A program made the translations under genes and the position numbers. A model generated the notes under the pieces. That model did no database searches, was not told the DNA's origin, and saw nothing but the letters and a program-made list of their open reading frames with translations. Of a stretch of DNA of 64,000 nt, positions 14,892-29,781 are shown in pieces. The stretch spans positions 16,616,001 to 16,680,000 of the forward strand of contig CM022668.1 of the NCBI GenBank assembly GCA_012295275.1. Direction: 5' to 3'. Each line of letters begins with the position of its first letter. Position 1 is the first letter of the stretch. Source of the stretch: Chrysomallon squamiferum. Taxonomy: Eukaryota > Animalia > Mollusca.

Positions 14892-17800
14892 TTTTTTATT
14901 TATTTTCAACAATAAAATATAATTAAATTTCAAAATACATATGCATCACATATACATGTAGACATTGTTATATAATTAATTTAAAATTTTTAAAATGTAT
15001 CTGTGGAGTAAAGGAGTAAAATACAAACTGATTACTGTTATTAAATTGGAAGACTTTTGTTTTGTGGAGAAAACCAAAAAGAGGAAAAAATCGAGATGTA
15101 ATTCTATAATAATGCAAATGAATTTGAAGATATTACTGCAAGAAAGAAAAATATTTTTAAAGCAATATTAATAATTCGAAGAATTTTTCTTTCGGTTAAG
15201 ATTATTATTATTTAAGTTATTGCCGACCTCAATTTCAGTTTACGACCTCTCTGATATAAACGGTTTATTTTCTCTATAATTTGTTATTGATTTGGCTCGG
15301 ATCCTGCAAGAAAGACTCACAATTTTGATTGAATCTGCTTCCTGTTCATTTTAGTTTTATCTTCAGCATCAAACTTTTATTAGATCGTAAATTTTAAACT
15401 TTCATTTGATGACTTCAAAACAAACGCGAGGTCGCAGAAACGGAAGCAGATAAAATTATCTCCACCTATTTTAATTTGTTTTACATCAAGTTATCTCCCT
15501 TTGTAGCAATTAGAGAATACATTATCAAACGTGATACTTATATTCAAGCCGTTAAATTTCTTTTGTAACAACATTATGTACTGGTTTTATTTTAAACAAG
15601 ATTACTTCTTCCACTGGGATTAAATTATTAATTAGTACCTTCTTAATTAATTACCCGCATGCACTGAGCCCATTGTACGTTGCACGCTAAATCATTAATC
15701 TGCACAGTTAGAATAAGATGGATACTGAAACAGACGTCAAGGGATGTAACGTGGCTTTATCGACAATAAGACATTTCATTAATCACTACATCCTAGCGAT
15801 AAAACCTTCCGCAGGGAAAACTAGATCCGCATAGCTTTGCGCAGATATACATATATATTTCCAGTAGCGTTGTGATGATAAGACTTCTAATTATGACCAT
15901 CGCTCAATAAAATAATAACAATAAAAATATATTGAAGACAGGAGAAGGTTTTCAAACACGACGATGTTGCGTGCGGTACAAGGTCCGTGACGTAGTCTGT
16001 ACAAATCTTATCAGTATTTTACTAATGTTAACGTATTTACGATTTCAGACATGCAATTCTCAGGCTGTTTTAAATTTCCTTTAGAACGTTACTCGCTTCT
16101 CACTGAAACGTATGACTGTGGTTAATCACTGTAAGAAGAATAGAAGTATGAAAATGTCCACAAACAAACAAACACATAAACACAAACATAGACATATATA
16201 TATATACAAGACTAAACACTTATATATATATAAACAAACACATATAGACAGACATAAATACATACATACACACGCAGACAAACATACGCTTGCATCCACA
16301 CATACACATATACCCATAAGTATATAACACACTTATGTATATTGCAAAATCTCACACACTTCCGTACATACACACACACCTACGAACAGACATACCCAAA
16401 CATGTAACTACATACGCATAAGTAAATTCACGCACGAACCCCAGAACTCACATACACACGTCTAGAACTGGTGAAATGATGTTAAAATCTCAGTCTGTCA
16501 CAGGTTAATTGATCTGTTTTCCAGACAAAATTACTCACAAACTTAAAAAGCGCGATAAGCAAAGTGTTAGTTCGAGTTTGAAGATGTTTGTGTTCAAACA
16601 GCCAATACGAGGCATTGATTGAACGAGTCTTGTCGGATTCTGCTATAAATAGACATACTCGCAATTCGACCATCTTTGATTATAGTTTGTTTCAGAAAGA
16701 TGCCACTAATATTGAATTTTCTTCAAATGAAATCAAACAGATCGATACACGCATTTTTAGTTTCAGTTTTATAGTCTTGAAATGTCCGTCTTTGGAATAT
16801 AAAGTGAATGCAGCGTTTTTCTTCCCAATCAACATTCCTTTCTTTTGATCTGCGTTTTTGTTTTGAAAACTGTTTATTTGTAACTAATATATGTCATCAT
16901 TGTCACGCCTCCACATTTGTCAAATCTGAATTATCCAATGGTAAGTTTTCTTTTCCTTTAAAAAACAAAAATTATAAAGAAAATAAATTCTTTAATACAT
17001 CCTTGTTATTACATTTATCTAGGTTAAGTAGAGTGATATAAATTTTCTATTCAGTGCTTTACGTCACATTCACTGAAACGAAATAAATCATTTTCTTCCA
17101 AACAGAGATACAAGCGTAAGGAAAAAAAAAATTGCGCGAGATAAATTGTCCAGAACACAAAAAGCAAACGAAGCTGGAGAAGATTTTCCAGCTGAAGGGT
17201 TCATTAGTGATGTAAATTAAGACGAGAACACGACACGTGTACAGATAGACAGCATGTCAGAGGTTGCCGCTGCAAGTTGAGAGAAAGAAATAAGGAAGAG
17301 CAAATTGTTGTCAAACAAAATCGTGTAATGAACAGATTTAGAACAAGAGAAGTAAACAATGTTTTAACGTTTCACATTATAAAGTACTAACTCAAATTTT
17401 ACTTGATTCGTTACATAGAAACTTGCCGATATTTGTTTCAAAGCAGCTTATATCTCTAATATTATAATTGAAACTTATGTGTGTGTACGTAAAGTATCCC
17501 CCCCAAGAAACAACAAATGTGTGTTTGTATGTATGTTTGTGTAGGAAAAAAAAAAACAAAAAAACAACAATTATACATGTGTATGTGTGTATGTGTGTGT
17601 TAGATATTTTCAAAAGGACACTGAAGATAATAGTCTGTGCGATGACATTTTGAAAACTATTATTCAGATTCATTTGTCTATTACCAACGTAACAGGACTG
17701 AAAAAAGAAAACTGCAGGTTTTTTTCTAAAACTTATTTATTTAAAATATGTTTCTTTTTTTTCATTTTCTCTAAAAAAGAAAAAAAAAGAAAAAAAAAAT

Positions 17801-18505
17801 CTTGATTCGATCTTAAACTCGGGCTGCTGTTCTAATTTTGGCTTCGCTTCCACGATTCCTCGATTGATCAAAAACCAATATTTTGGGCGTCTGGCTCGCA
17901 TTTCACAAGTTAGCGTCAGAAAACGATTCTAACTTCAGTTTCAGAAAACGTGAAAGGAACTTACGCAATGAGAAGTCAGTGCGAGACACTCACAAAGATG
18001 TTTTGAACAAGTACGTTGCTAGAGTGTGGAGTCAGTATATAATGATTAACAATAACTTGACACACTTTATTTATTTATTTATTTAATATTTTATTTTATT
18101 ATTATTATTATTATTTTTTTTTTTTTTTGTCTTGTGGTCCTTGGAGAGCAGAAACAATTTTTATTTCAAGGACAGAAAAATGCATACCACAGCCTTACAA
18201 TAAGAGTCATGGAGCTGTGGTTGGAACTGGATATATATGTTCTACTACCTGTCACGTCTCAGTGAACAACAACTCTGTTCTTAGATGTAAATATTCAGCA
18301 AGTCACTGTGTTGCCGACAGAAGAGTAAACGCGAAGATTTATAACGTGTGAATATTTGATTAAATAACGCTATACTAACACAGATATATGTAAAAGATAA
18401 AGTAGTTACTGAGGCAAGTAATGCAATCATTTCTTCAACCCTCAAGTCATACAGAGAACGTTTTGTCTCCTCGCCATTATCTTTGTTGTCGTCAAGTACT
18501 TGATC

Positions 18506-18650
<145 letters not shown>

Positions 18651-18750
18651 AAAAGATGAGTGTGAGATTCAAAAATTATTCAGCTCTTATTTACAGTAAA
18701 TTTATATATATATAATAATAATAATAATAAAATTATTATTATTATTATTA

Positions 18751-18784
<34 letters not shown>

Positions 18785-20884
18785 GTTAATGTTGTAGTTA
18801 TAAATTACAGAAATCACAGAAATCTGCATACTGATGCACGAAAACGTCTTCATTATAATAACTACTTCATTAGTATGCATGTTGAATATTCATGAACAAG
18901 TAAACAGAAATGAATAGTGATTTAGGTTGACACAAAAACACACAATTAGCCAGGATAAATGGCAAACCGTGAATGATGGAGCTTGTAATAAACACCAGCA
19001 GAGGGCGCTGTCTAAACGTCCACCGACACGAAACTGTTAAGAGATGGTCAAGGAATGACATGTCAATTCATCACATTTAGTGAGATGAGCAGTTTCAGTA
19101 TATTACCGCTATTTGCGGCACTTATCGGTTAGCGGTATTTTTGGATAATGGAGAAAAATAGCCAATAGATCATATTCGAGGACAGTCAGCTGTTACTCTC
19201 TCCAATGAAGGAACAAAAGTTACTATTTCCGGAAAGTCGAGGCTAAAAGTAGCGCACTTGTCGTCACAAATAGTTCTTGATTAGTTCGCAATTAGATTGA
19301 CCTGAATGATGGGAGTGAATTCTTCGTGTTTCTACACAGCACACGTAAACAGAAAAGTAGATCAATCAATAGTTTATTGTCAACTACGTTTTGTGTCGCA
19401 CTGTCAGGTCAGTTGTAGCCTAGTCTGGTACGTATGTCTAACGGTATCAGAATGACAAACATTCATTTTTAACATATTCTTAAACAAACCTCTGAGAATA
19501 TTTCTTCGCTTCCATATTATGATATAAAGACTTCTTTCACCATTAACGTGTGTGAGTGGCTGAGACAGGCAGAAAGACGGAGAGAGATAAACAGATGCAA
19601 TGGCAGAGGGTTGGTGTTTATAAAAGTGAGACAAAGACGTGTGTTTAGAGAATGATTGAATAAGGTAAAGATTAATAACACGTTTATGATTTTATGTGTC
19701 TGTTGGGATTTTCTTGTATTTGCAACAAACCAATAAATTCCATAAACTATTCTGTTTGTCGCAGTATTTAATACGTATTAAAGTGGTAAGCTGATAACAC
19801 GAAAGATCTGAAACAACCTATAACCATAAGTATTGTGAAAACGACAGAATTATGCTGAAAGTGTTAAACCAGCACGTCATAACGGGTTGTATGTCACGGT
19901 TACTTTACAGAGCATTTTTACACCATGAGACCAGATCTTAAATGTCCTTTCACAGTTTCTACATAATTAGAGACACTTAAAACGTGGTCAGTATGGAACA
20001 CAGAAAGTTTACATTTTATACCCATGACCTCTGACCCAGGACAGCACAACTTCAAGTGGTAATTTAATTCGTTCCAATTTTTAGCTTTTATCGCCGAAAT
20101 CTGTTCTATTGATTTTACAATATTACCGAACATAATTTAATTTCGCGCCAATTTATTAATTCCAGACAGTCTGTGCTCATTTTACAGGCGTAGCACTAGC
20201 AGCGTGCAGTCTATTTTTGTCCTCGATACTCCAACCGTCCTGTCCAATACAGATAGTCATAAAATAAAGCAATCGGCATATTGAATTGCCTCCCTTAACT
20301 GGTGTCTCGATAAGTAAATGTCAAGCGTGAGAAGAGAAGCAGCGTGTATAATTAAGGCTGTGTTTGCACTTTGCCATTTGGGTGATAAAGCCGACGTTAT
20401 TGGCAAATTTGTGTGATTGATTTTGGTCTATCTAATCAACGTGATCGGTATTTTGTAACTAAAAAAAGTGTAAAAAGTGCACATTAATTAAACACTCTCT
20501 TCTATGATTATCACTTTTTCACCTGAAGCATATGTCCCCAATAACCCCATCAAAAACGCCTACTACACAGAGATAATTAAAAAAATAATAATAATAAAAC
20601 AATTGTTATATGTGATAATACAATATACGACAATTAACAGGATGTACTTATTACGAGAGATTAAATGTTATGACTTCATTTAACATTTTGAGTATAATGT
20701 TCAATCTTACTTAATATATTGAGTATAAGTAAACTATTTGTTAAATCTTAATCAGTATAAAAGATTAAATGTTAAATTCATAAAATACAACACATTATAG
20801 CAGATTAAAGGTTAAATGTGCAATATAAACAAGTGATAAGATATTGAACACTAAATTATAATATACGTGACATAATAGTATTGT

Positions 20885-21085
20885 CTGAATAACCACGAAT
20901 CTGTCAGAGAATCTGTGAGTCGGTGTCTATGTTGTCAAGGCAACCATGAAACAGCACTAGAGTTTGTCAACATAACCGTGAATCAGTGTCAGCACTGTCA
21001 ACGCAAGACTGAATCACTGTCAGTCTACGTATGAATCATTTTCTACCTGCCATGGACCAGAGTCAACACAGCCACGAATCACAGA
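20885..21085. repeat. Old degenerate ~30-bp tandem repeat
   Basis: Recurring GTCAAC..AACC..GAATC..TGTCAG motif. Confidence 0.55.
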
Positions 21086-21580
21086 CACATCTGTATCGTA
21101 ACTTTTAGCAGTGCAGATGTACTTCTAGTAGTGACATCAGGACGTTTTTGTCTGTCAAAACTACTGCAACTGACATGTCAGAATTACTGAAAGTGTGTAT
21201 GTATGTATGTACTATCTGTGTGTATGTGAATATATGCGTGTGTGTATGTGTATACATGTGTGTGTGTGTGTATTGTGAATTTGATTAATTAGCGTCGTTT
21301 TCTCAGTGTCTCTAAGTATTTTGTCGATACTGTCATCACTGTTAATTTACATTACTTTAATAACTGACAATATAATAACATTAATAATCAATAGAGCAGT
21401 CTGATGGCCTGTTTCAGCATCTGATGTGAGTCTGTGTTAATATATGTTTTCGTATTTCCAGTGTCAGTATTAATTAGCTACAAGCCAATTACAAAACTGT
21501 TAGGACGCTACAAAACATGTCTTCACTGACTGGTGACTTTTTCAGTATTAAAACTAGTTTTATTTTCAAACCACTTTTTG

Positions 21581-21600
21581 AAATCCTGGATTCGCCCCTG
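21581..21600. mobile_element. Solo DNA-transposon terminus remnant
   Basis: AAATCCTGGATTCGCCCCTG resembles the CAGGGGCGGATCCAGGATTT ends of common invertebrate non-autonomous DNA elements (recalled from memory). No adjacent partner end seen. Confidence 0.35.
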
Positions 21601-24045
21601 CTATAAATGTTTCTAATTATATTGTACTAATGTACTTAATGAAGACGGTTTCTCGGTTAATTGTTGAATAAACATTATTAGTGGCTTCCTTGTTTAACTT
21701 CTGAGATATCACCAATATGTTGGCGTGTCTGTACCACAGTAAATTACTTCAAAACCTATGCATGCACTGCCAAAGTGATGAGGTGAGATGAAGAGGTTGA
21801 ACCGTCCCTATAATCCACATCCACACCTAGTAATCTGTATCTATCTTTCCAAGGAGTTCCCAGAATAATACTGAGGTTGTTGCATATTGACAGTTTCATT
21901 GTGTAACTGTTTTGTTAAGGCTTTGTTCGGAACAAAATTTGAAATAGGGAGTCATCAATAACTTGTTTTGTTTTAGAAATGTTTTTGATAGCTAAAACGT
22001 TTTCTAAGAACAAACAGTTTTCTTGTCCTTCGCAAACACTTTTCAGAATGAATGTCAGTTTTCAACTGAATTGCCTACAGTAAACTCTTTGTTCTGAGAA
22101 ATTCAGAAACAGCTGTTATTCAAATATTTAAACAGCGGATGATAAAGATTATCTGCAGAACAAGTTGAATAAACAAAAGAAACAATGTGTGCAAGCGTGA
22201 ACAAATCGAGATTCGTTTGATATCGTAATGCTGTAATGACTGTAGTTAAATATTAATTTGTGTATTCTCTTGCGACAATGTCTCTACAGGTCTGTTTGTG
22301 TTAATGTCAACACCAGTCTTTTTATACCTTTGTTCATGTGTGTGTGTGTGCGTGTGTGCGTGTGTTCTTTGTCTGAGAGAGGGTGCGGCAGAGACAGAGA
22401 GACACACCCCAGATATTGATTTTATACATTTTTGATGTACATAAACAATATCGAATTGACTTACAAAGCTGCTTGATGAATCTACCTAACACTTACAAAA
22501 AACCCAGCGACTGTTTTTAACTGAGCTGAACAATACAACCTGTCCTTGACCTCCATTTTAGATCACTGCATCCTGGAAATACATTATCTCACCTGTATTC
22601 CGTGTTGTTCAATCAGATGAATGCACACGTTTAAATATAATTAATATCCGAACTATACACAACAGTCTTTGTCATTCATAATATATATATATATTTTTTA
22701 ATAAACAAAGAAGCTATGGAATGATTAGTATCTTTAAATATGCACATACACACATACACACATACACACATACACACATAGACATAGAAAGAAATAAAAT
22801 CTAGTCAGTCTTAATTAATTAATTTATTTATTTGTTTATTTGTTTATTTTTGTGTTTGTTGTTTGTTTACTGATTTATTATAAGGATAGCACTAAAAACA
22901 TTAATTTCCATTGTATTCCTCATATGACAGAAACAGAAAGAAGGTTCATTGTGGATCGTTCACTCGTCACACGCTCGCTCAAACCACTGAGCTGACTCCG
23001 ACTTGCAGGTAAGGTGGATGTGTTTATTTATTTGTCATAAAACATTATTTGTAAAGAAACTAATCAGCATTTAGAGAAACGAAGCGTAGAGTATGTTTAA
23101 TACAATGAATAACGTCTTTCACTGGAAACAGGTTTTTTTCACACCTAGCAATGGATAAATTATTAACAGCTTGTTGACAGTTGCTATCTACGAATTTCAC
23201 GCTACGTCGGCGTCCCCGGACACTACGTTTCTCCCGTTGTCTTTGATTAATGGCAGTGACCGCCGCGATGACAAACAGACATCGAGGAAGACGTGAAAAT
23301 TAATAAATAATTCAATCAAAGCACCGACCTGGCACACACACACTGTCTGAGCCGCATTCAGTTTGATCAAAGTCTGATCTAACGTGTGATTAATCAGCAG
23401 CATCAGTTTGAAAACCTCCGTCAAAACACGCGTTTTAGAACACAACTGTACACATCAGACACTTCATCTTCTCTTTTATCACGTTAAATAACCCGCCCAA
23501 GCGTTATCACATTAATTATAGTCATTTTTTCTTTCTTTGTGAATTTATTATTTCGTTGTTGCTGTTGGTGTTGTTTCGTATTATGAAGGTTGTACTTATA
23601 CATACAGTACAACTAACGTACACACATAAAAATATATAGATTGGGAGAGAAAAACGAAGAGATATAGACAGGAAGAGAAAGAAATATAAAACTATTTTCA
23701 CAATAAATCTAAAAAGTACCATTCATCTTGTTTTGCACCCTTTATGTTTATAAATCATTTTATATTTTTAATCATTTAATGTTCACAAACGATCTTGATC
23801 ACTTGTTTAACGTATAAATTGACAATATTAATATTTTTACTTTCTGATAAAATATTTAAATTCTTAGACTATATTGACTCTGAAGAAAGTGAACAGAATA
23901 AATATTACTTAGAGATGACATACATGTCAGTGTATATCAGATTAAGTGTTTTTTCTAAGCAAGGTGGATCATTTTGACATAAATCAGTGAACGTTTTCTA
24001 TCAGTAAAATTGAATAAAGGTGACAGCGATAATCTAACAACATCA

Positions 24046-24200
24046 TAAGTTTCTGTTTGTAACAATGAATAAGTTAATCTAGAGACAAATGTATACGTTT
24101 GTGACGGTGACAATAAGTTTCTTTTTGTAACAGTGAATAAGTTAATCTAGAGACAAATGTATATGCTTGTAACGGTAACACTAAGTTTCTGTTTGTAACG
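24046..24200. repeat. 68-bp tandem duplication (about 2.3 copies) with decayed flanking units
   Basis: TAAGTTTCT.TTTGTAAC recurs at 24046, 24114 and 24182. Confidence 0.85.
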
Positions 24201-24798
24201 GTGATACCGCTAATTTAAAGTTGCAATTCTTTTTGTAACGATAGGTACCAAAATCTAGTGTCTAAGAGATTTGTTTATAAAGGTAACATGGAACATTTTC
24301 CTTCAAATTTTATTTCTTTTTAAAGTTTAATGAGATAATTTAATATTTTACTGTTTTGTTTGTGAAGGTGTAAGTGATAATTCAGACAGTTTTTTTATAG
24401 TCTTTACATAATGATGAATGTCACTTTGGCATTTGGCAGTTTTGTTTACAACAGTAATAATCTATAGATTTTAAATTAATAAATTTTAATTTTATAAAAC
24501 TGTGATAACATAGCCATTCCTTAACACTTCAGTTTGTAATGTGACTGAGAAAATTTGAGACATCTAATTTTATAATTCTATGACTTCATTTTAATAGGAC
24601 GATAAATTTTAAAAAAAGCTTTTACCTAAACAAACACAATTGTATTTTCTGCACTTAAGAGGAGAATAGGCTTCTGCTGCTATTGTAAACCGATGATGAT
24701 GTTCTTGAATCGTGATTCAAGTGTGTTAAGTACACGTTTCCACTCTGTTGACTGAGATTTTTGTGGGAACGTTTTGGAGCCCGACATGTGGTACTTAC

Positions 24799-24840
24799 AA
24801 TCACCCCCTGCATCAAACATCAGTTCGCCAAGACTATTAG
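24799..24840 (-). CDS. Candidate 42-nt symmetric exon ((A)NSLGELMFDAGGD; phase 1-1)
   Basis: Long (TTC)n polypyrimidine tract, then CCTTCGTTCAG| exon |GTAAGT. Length is a multiple of 3 and only one frame is open. Confidence 0.55.
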
Positions 24841-25380
24841 CTGAACGAAGGAAGAAGAAGAATGAAGAAGAAGAAGAAGAAGAAGAAGAAGAAGAAGAAG
24901 AAGAAAAAAAACGGAAGAAAACTCGTGAGTGTCTGTTACTGGTCCGAAGAGCATGTACAAAAGATTCCTGAAAGCTTTTCATGAAAAATTCCAGCTCGTA
25001 TGAAGTTCTAGATTTGAAAAGATCAAGTCTGCAACGATCTTAAATATTTTTAAATCACTGCAGTAAAATCCAACACCAGTCCACGATAAGTTCAAGCAAT
25101 TTATTTAGTTCACTCTTTCATTTTCTTTTCGGTACGGGTATTTTGATTATGTATGTGTAAATAATTTTTATATCATCATCATTATCTTCATAACTATAGA
25201 CTATAACCTTTGCTATTATTATCATCGTTATCATCATTGCCATTACTATTATCATTATTATTATTAGTATTACTACTACTACCATTGTTGTTGTTATTGT
25301 GTTACGAAGTCTTTGTAACAATACAAATCTACATATTACTTATAAAAAATCATCATATTTTTTCTTCACTTTATCATGGT

Positions 25381-25581
25381 TATGTGTGTGTGTATGTGTG
25401 TGTGTGTGTATGTGTGTGTGTATGTGTGTGTATTTGTGTGTATGTGTGTGTCTGAGTGTGTATGTGTTTATATCTGTGTGCATGTGTGTGTCTGTGTGTG
25501 TATGTGTGTGTATGTATTTACATGTGTGTGTATGTGTGTGTATATATATGTGTGTATGTATGTGTGTGTGTGTGTGTGTGT
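25381..25581. repeat. Interrupted (TG)n tract
   Basis: Direct reading. Confidence 0.9.
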
Positions 25582-28500
25582 TTTGTAAGTCTAAACTTGT
25601 CTCTGTGTTTGTGCTGTATTCTGAACGCTGCTTTCACAGCTAACAGTGAGCGTACAATCAGAACTGTAATTCTGTAAAAAGCTTTTATCCCAAGTTTTGT
25701 TTTAACAGTTTCTGACAGACTGATAAATCAACTACAGAAATTAATGAAGTTCCGTGCCACTTGCTCAGCATAAACAAATCATTTCGAAGTTGGAAAATAT
25801 CAACAGAAAGAACAAAACAAAAAGAAAGAAAATCTACACGGTGAAATTTTGAAAAACCTTTCACTTGTTTAAACTAAACTGCTTTTCGCAAGATACCTGT
25901 GCAATACAGCAAGTTGTTTTTATTCAACAAGATAGCGGCGAGTTTTTTTTCACTATACGACGTATTTCTTATTTAATTTTTTTTTTATGTGACAATAATA
26001 ATCTACATTTCAAATAAGTAACTATTTCAGAATTACATTTGCTAACAATAATGATATTATTTTTGTTATATGAGTATGTGAGTGCGAGAGAGAGATATGT
26101 GTATATATCTATATATGTGTGTGTGTATATGTATATATATACATATGTATAAATATATGCATGTATGTATATATGTATGTATGTATGTATATGTACGTAT
26201 GTATTATATATGTATCTAAGTACGTATGTATCTATGTATGTATGTATTCTACAAATAAAGTTATATTAAAAATTAATCTTTATTGCAGAAATATGTTTTT
26301 CGTATGATGAATGTGTTTGTGTTTTACACGTGTGTGTGTTTGCCAGTAACATGTTCACACACGAGGTCAGTTCTATAACAAAAGGTTAAATCAATCAAAC
26401 AACAGATTGCGATGCCTTCTTGTATCCGCACATAACGTCGTGACAATAAATGCGACCGAACGTATGTGTATTGTGTGCGTGTGAGTGGGTGTTACTGCTA
26501 CACGATGAAATAAAATATTGTATATATATATATATATATGTATGTATGTACATTTCTGTCTGTTTCTGTCTCGTACACAGGGATTAGATACGACAAAGTT
26601 TTAATAAAATGTGTTACAGATAACAGTCTGGACAAGACTCGTGTTTACCCTCGAGCGACTTGAGAAACACGTGATTACCCGGAACATCAACGTCCACAGC
26701 TTTATCGACAACACACGAAACGCGTTATTCGTTCCCCTCCCACGGGCAGAGCTGTATTATTGACAGCAGATGAAATGCGTGGTAAGTTCCCCTCCCAAAG
26801 GCAGAACGTCTGTGAGACGTAGAAATATTGGTATTTGTGAACTCGTCAAGTTCTCTCTGGAAACCATAACCTTTATCCACTGCGATAAAATCAATATAAG
26901 AAAAATCAATTTAAGCATAAGACGTCCACTCCGCTATCTGTAATGAGAATTCACAGAAAATATTCACAAATAACATTCAGAGAAGGAACTGTATGAGCGA
27001 AATGTTTTCGAATAGATTATGACGGTGTTTTTGACAGAGATAACTGTATTAATATTTACTGTTATTATCTTACGTAAAGTAACTAAACATTATCAAATTA
27101 AGCTGCAGCTTTTAATTTCTCCAATATTTTGATGCCGATTACTACAGTAAAATGGAATCTCTTTTTACACTGAACGTTAAACTCTTCATCTTTATTCTAT
27201 ATAGTCTGTTTTGCTTACCAGAAATTTTTACAGAAGAGAGAATTCAAAAAATAATAGAAGTAATCAAATAAGAACAGAAAATGGTTTTGTTTTGATGAAA
27301 AAGGAAATGTAAAGATATCTTGAACTAAACTCTTTTCATGATTTATATGATGGAAACTTTATAAGGCCTTTTTTGCTACACGCATCCATTATCAATATGA
27401 TAAACATTATCTGTGTATTGAATGTCTTATAGACATTAGAGACTGTGGCATGACAAGCATACTTGATCTAGACTATGATCGGAACATGATGTAAATTATT
27501 AACAACACCATGCGCATGCGTAAATATGATTTTCTGTGATCTTAAATAGACGTTTTCGGAAATGTGAGAGATGAAGACAAATGTAAGAGTATTTTAATAT
27601 TTCTCTATTGAAAGCATGTCCAGGATCACTACCCACACAGCATCATTTCCGTGGTTTGTGGTTGGGACGTTCGCATTGTTGGAAAGCACGACCAGTCAGT
27701 CATATCAATAAAAGACGAACATGCTTTAATTACTTAAGTGAGACAGAAAATTGATAAATATACAGCAACTGAAAGCTGAATGAAGGGCCGGACATCTTCT
27801 CACTGCATCGCTAAACTCGCGCTGAGAATAACTGTTTGTTTTAGGAAGTTAATTACAGAACGGAACTGTAAGACCTTTGGGGGCAAACACAAACTGGCTG
27901 ATTTGAAAATAACCTACTCTCAAGAATGTTTTTCAGTATTTTAAATATTCTGAATTTCTTTACCTATTTTAGTTCTGTTTTCTATTTTTCTGGGTTTTTT
28001 TTTATAAGAAGAAGAAGAAGGAAAGAAAGAAAGAAGAAAGAAGACAAAATAAAAAGATTGAACAGGAGTAATTGAATAATATTGCTGAAATCTCCGAATA
28101 ATACATTGTTAAGTAAACATCGGCAGACTTCGTGAAGTAAACTTGAAGATAAAACAAATCGATAAAACAAATACAGCGTTAAATGTAATTTGTTTCAAGT
28201 ATTTGCTTGGAACTAAATCAATCTATTATTGTTATTGAGAACACTGTCGTAGTCGTTTCGTTGTCACAGCGTTGACGTCACATCCTTTATAACTAGAGCG
28301 TCGTCATACGCTGTTAAAATACAATGAAAAACATTTTTTTTTTTTTTTAATAAAAACGTCATGTTGTTTTTAAAAACGTCATGTTGTTTTTAAAAACACC
28401 ACTGCAGTATTTTGCACGAAAACATCAAGTTCGTCGTCTTATACAGTACAATAACGATGCATTATATTACAATGTTAATTACTGTTATAACAATGTCTTT

Positions 28501-28708
28501 CTTCCAGTACAGTATTATCGTTCTGTATTACAATACAATGACGTCTTATCGTATAACAACAGAGTAACGTATCATCATGTTACGTCTTGTTACAACATAC
28601 TTTCTTTTAAATTACAAATCATAATGTCATATCACGTTCCAGTAACGTTACGTCATGTTACAATACAATAATGCTACTTTATTGCAATATAGAAAAAAGG
28701 TTACATTA

Positions 28709-28888
28709 TGTTACAATACAATAAGATTAGGCCTGTTAAAGTACAATAATGTCAGGTCTTGTTACAATGTTACAATACAATAAGATTAGGCCTGTTAAAG
28801 TACAATAATGGCAGGTCTTGTTACAGTGTTACAATACAATAAGATTAGGCCTGTTACAGTACAATAATGTCAGGTCTTGTTACAGTGT
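28709..28888. repeat. 59-bp minisatellite, 3 copies, built from ~25-bp subunits
   Basis: TGTTACAATACAATAAGATTAGGCC starts at 28709, 28768 and 28827. Confidence 0.9.
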
Positions 28889-29705
28889 TGCTGTGACCGA
28901 TTTCTTGAAATAAAGTCAAATATTAAAACAAACAAATTAAGTAAATAAATAAAAAACTATAATATCTGAAGAAAGATATTTCTGAGGATTTCAGTGACTG
29001 CCACGTGTTTGTGTTTTGTGTTTTGTGTTTGTGTTTGTGTTTTGTGTTTGAGATGCTGGACTCGGGAGACGTTGTGTTTGGTAAGGTGTGTCTAATCTTG
29101 GTCTATAATAAGACTGTTGTAGACGAAGGCTGAGAAGAAAATTCCCTGGACTAATCGAATAGCTAACAACAGACTTGAAACGAGTCATTTTAATTAATGT
29201 CTAACCTCGTGGGTTGGGTTAATTTCATTAAAGAACCGTTAGTCTTTGATATATCCGTACCAGCGTGATCATTCGTGTTCGTTTGAGAAAAAAAAAAAAA
29301 AAGGCTACGTTATTATTTATTAACATTAACAGAGGCTAATTAGAGAGTCGTCCTAAAACTCGCTGATTAAATAAATTCATCGATTACTTTGTACCATTCT
29401 TTTTGTACGTAAATAGTAAACGTGGGTCTCTGTATCTGTGTGTGTGTGTGTTTAAAAATGAGATATGATTGAGTGAAACAAGAAACAGAGAAGAAGCTCA
29501 CTGTGAGACACAAGTGGATTATTAGACACAAACAGTAAGACTGTTTGATAAATGGATAGAAAACAGACAGGAAGAAAGACAGACAGGTTTAGTTACGAAG
29601 ACTGAAACAGAAATGATGGAACAGTCGTTGAATGAGAGGACCATGTTCAGAGAAAAAGGCGATTCAAATCTGAGAGATAGAAAGAGAGGTAGAGATAGAT
29701 AAAAA

Positions 29706-29781
<76 letters not shown>

